From Geotalea daltonii FRC-32 (lineage in GTDB: Bacteria > Desulfobacterota > Desulfuromonadia > Geobacterales > Geobacteraceae), in NCBI RefSeq assembly GCF_000022265.1, contig NC_011979.1:2760001-2792000 (forward strand): a stretch of DNA of 32,000 nt, written 5' to 3'. The notes under the pieces are model-generated. The model was not told the origin of the DNA, did no database searches, and saw nothing but the letters and a program-made list of their open reading frames with translations. Each line of letters starts with the position of its first letter. Within the stretch, counting starts at the first letter, position 1. The position numbers and the translations under genes are program-made. This document shows, piece by piece, positions 31,533-32,000 of the stretch.

Positions 31533-32000
31533 GCATTTCGTCGAACGGGCACGTTACATGTGTTCTTTGGGGGGGGCGACCGGCACCGTAACCGCCCTGC
31601 CTGGTGCTATCCCGATTCTCCATTCCGCATCGGGCTGCGCCGGCAATTTCGCCTGGACCCAGAACGGCGGCAGCGGCCTTCAAGTGGGGGGATACTGCGG
31701 CTCTCTGACTGTTCCCAGTTCCAATATGCAGGAGAATGAAGTCGTCTTCGGCGGCGAGGATCGCCTGCGGGAACAGATTGCCAGCACCCTGAAAGTCATG
31801 GATGGCGGCCTGTACGTGGTCCTGACCGGCTGTGTGCCCGAGATGATCGGTGATGACATCTTTGCCGTCGTTAATGATTTCCGTGAAGAGGGTGCCCCGA
31901 TTATCGGCGCCATCACCGGCGGTTTCCGCGGCAACTCCTATTGGGGATACGACCTGGTGCTGCAGGCTTTGGTGAAGGATTTCCTTACTAGAGGCTTGTC
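31525..32000 (+). CDS. Nitrogenase-like oxidoreductase, NifK/NifN-like (beta-type) subunit, 3'-truncated by the window edge
   Basis: ATG 31525 overlaps the upstream stop by 8 nt (ATGAGTGA). It reads MSEHFVERARYMCSLGGA (Cys70 position), HSASGCAG (Cys95), TGCVPEMIGDDI (Cys153). The frame is open to the end of the window. Confidence 0.8.
   Translation, partial: MSEHFVERARYMCSLGGATGTVTALPGAIPILHSASGCAGNFAWTQNGGSGLQVGGYCGSLTVPSSNMQENEVVFGGEDRLREQIASTLKVMDGGLYVVLTGCVPEMIGDDIFAVVNDFREEGAPIIGAITGGFRGNSYWGYDLVLQALVKDFLTRGL

Noticed and set aside
1-32000. tRNA, rRNA, integrase or transposase genes that could explain the accessory segments
   Set aside because: I noticed no T-loop/acceptor-type tRNA signatures, rRNA-like stretches, or DDE/tyrosine/serine recombinase motifs in any frame. 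A proper tRNAscan/ISfinder run would be needed to be certain.

Overview
This is a 32 kb, mostly high-GC window. Gene content and style resemble a Geobacter/Desulfuromonadales-type deltaproteobacterium, which is an inference only. It falls into three sectors. (A) 1-7350 holds housekeeping genes (corA, a PilZ protein, ppc, a Zn-alcohol dehydrogenase) mixed with decay products: a Doc toxin remnant and a 5'-truncated, frameshifted TIGR03118-family gene. (B) 7350-14640 is an accessory patchwork. It contains an orphan PD-(D/E)xK restriction-endonuclease-like gene bracketed by a 50-bp direct repeat derived from an XRE antitoxin gene, and a 26-codon HigB/Gp49 toxin stub next to an intact XRE antitoxin. 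It also contains a strongly AT-rich ~2.5 kb insert with one 673-708 aa gene that fuses a complete GHKL (Bergerat) ATPase to a C-terminal Shedu/DUF4263-like PD-(D/E)xK nuclease, a candidate single-gene defence system. The rest of the sector holds C-rich tandem repeats, an HD-GYP phosphodiesterase, a secreted cupin, and an AbrB/MazE antitoxin with a 23-codon Doc stub. (C) 14585-32000 is one long same-strand locus. It encodes a Cys-less Rrf2 (CymR-like) regulator, a translationally coupled orphan ABC-type ATPase / G3E GTPase / NifS cysteine desulfurase, a Cys-rich Fe-S protein, a GAPDH paralog, a NifX/NafY-like protein and CysK. These are followed by a NitT/TauT-type ABC importer with 1 ATPase, 2 permeases and 4 paralogous binding proteins, a QueG/RdhA-like Fe-S reductase, and a NifD-like/NifK-like pair that runs off the window. 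I read sector C as an uncharacterised nitrogenase-like (Nfl, Mar-like) reductase system wired to sulfur/cysteine metabolism. I recognised no rRNA, tRNA, CRISPR array, transposase or integrase by eye.
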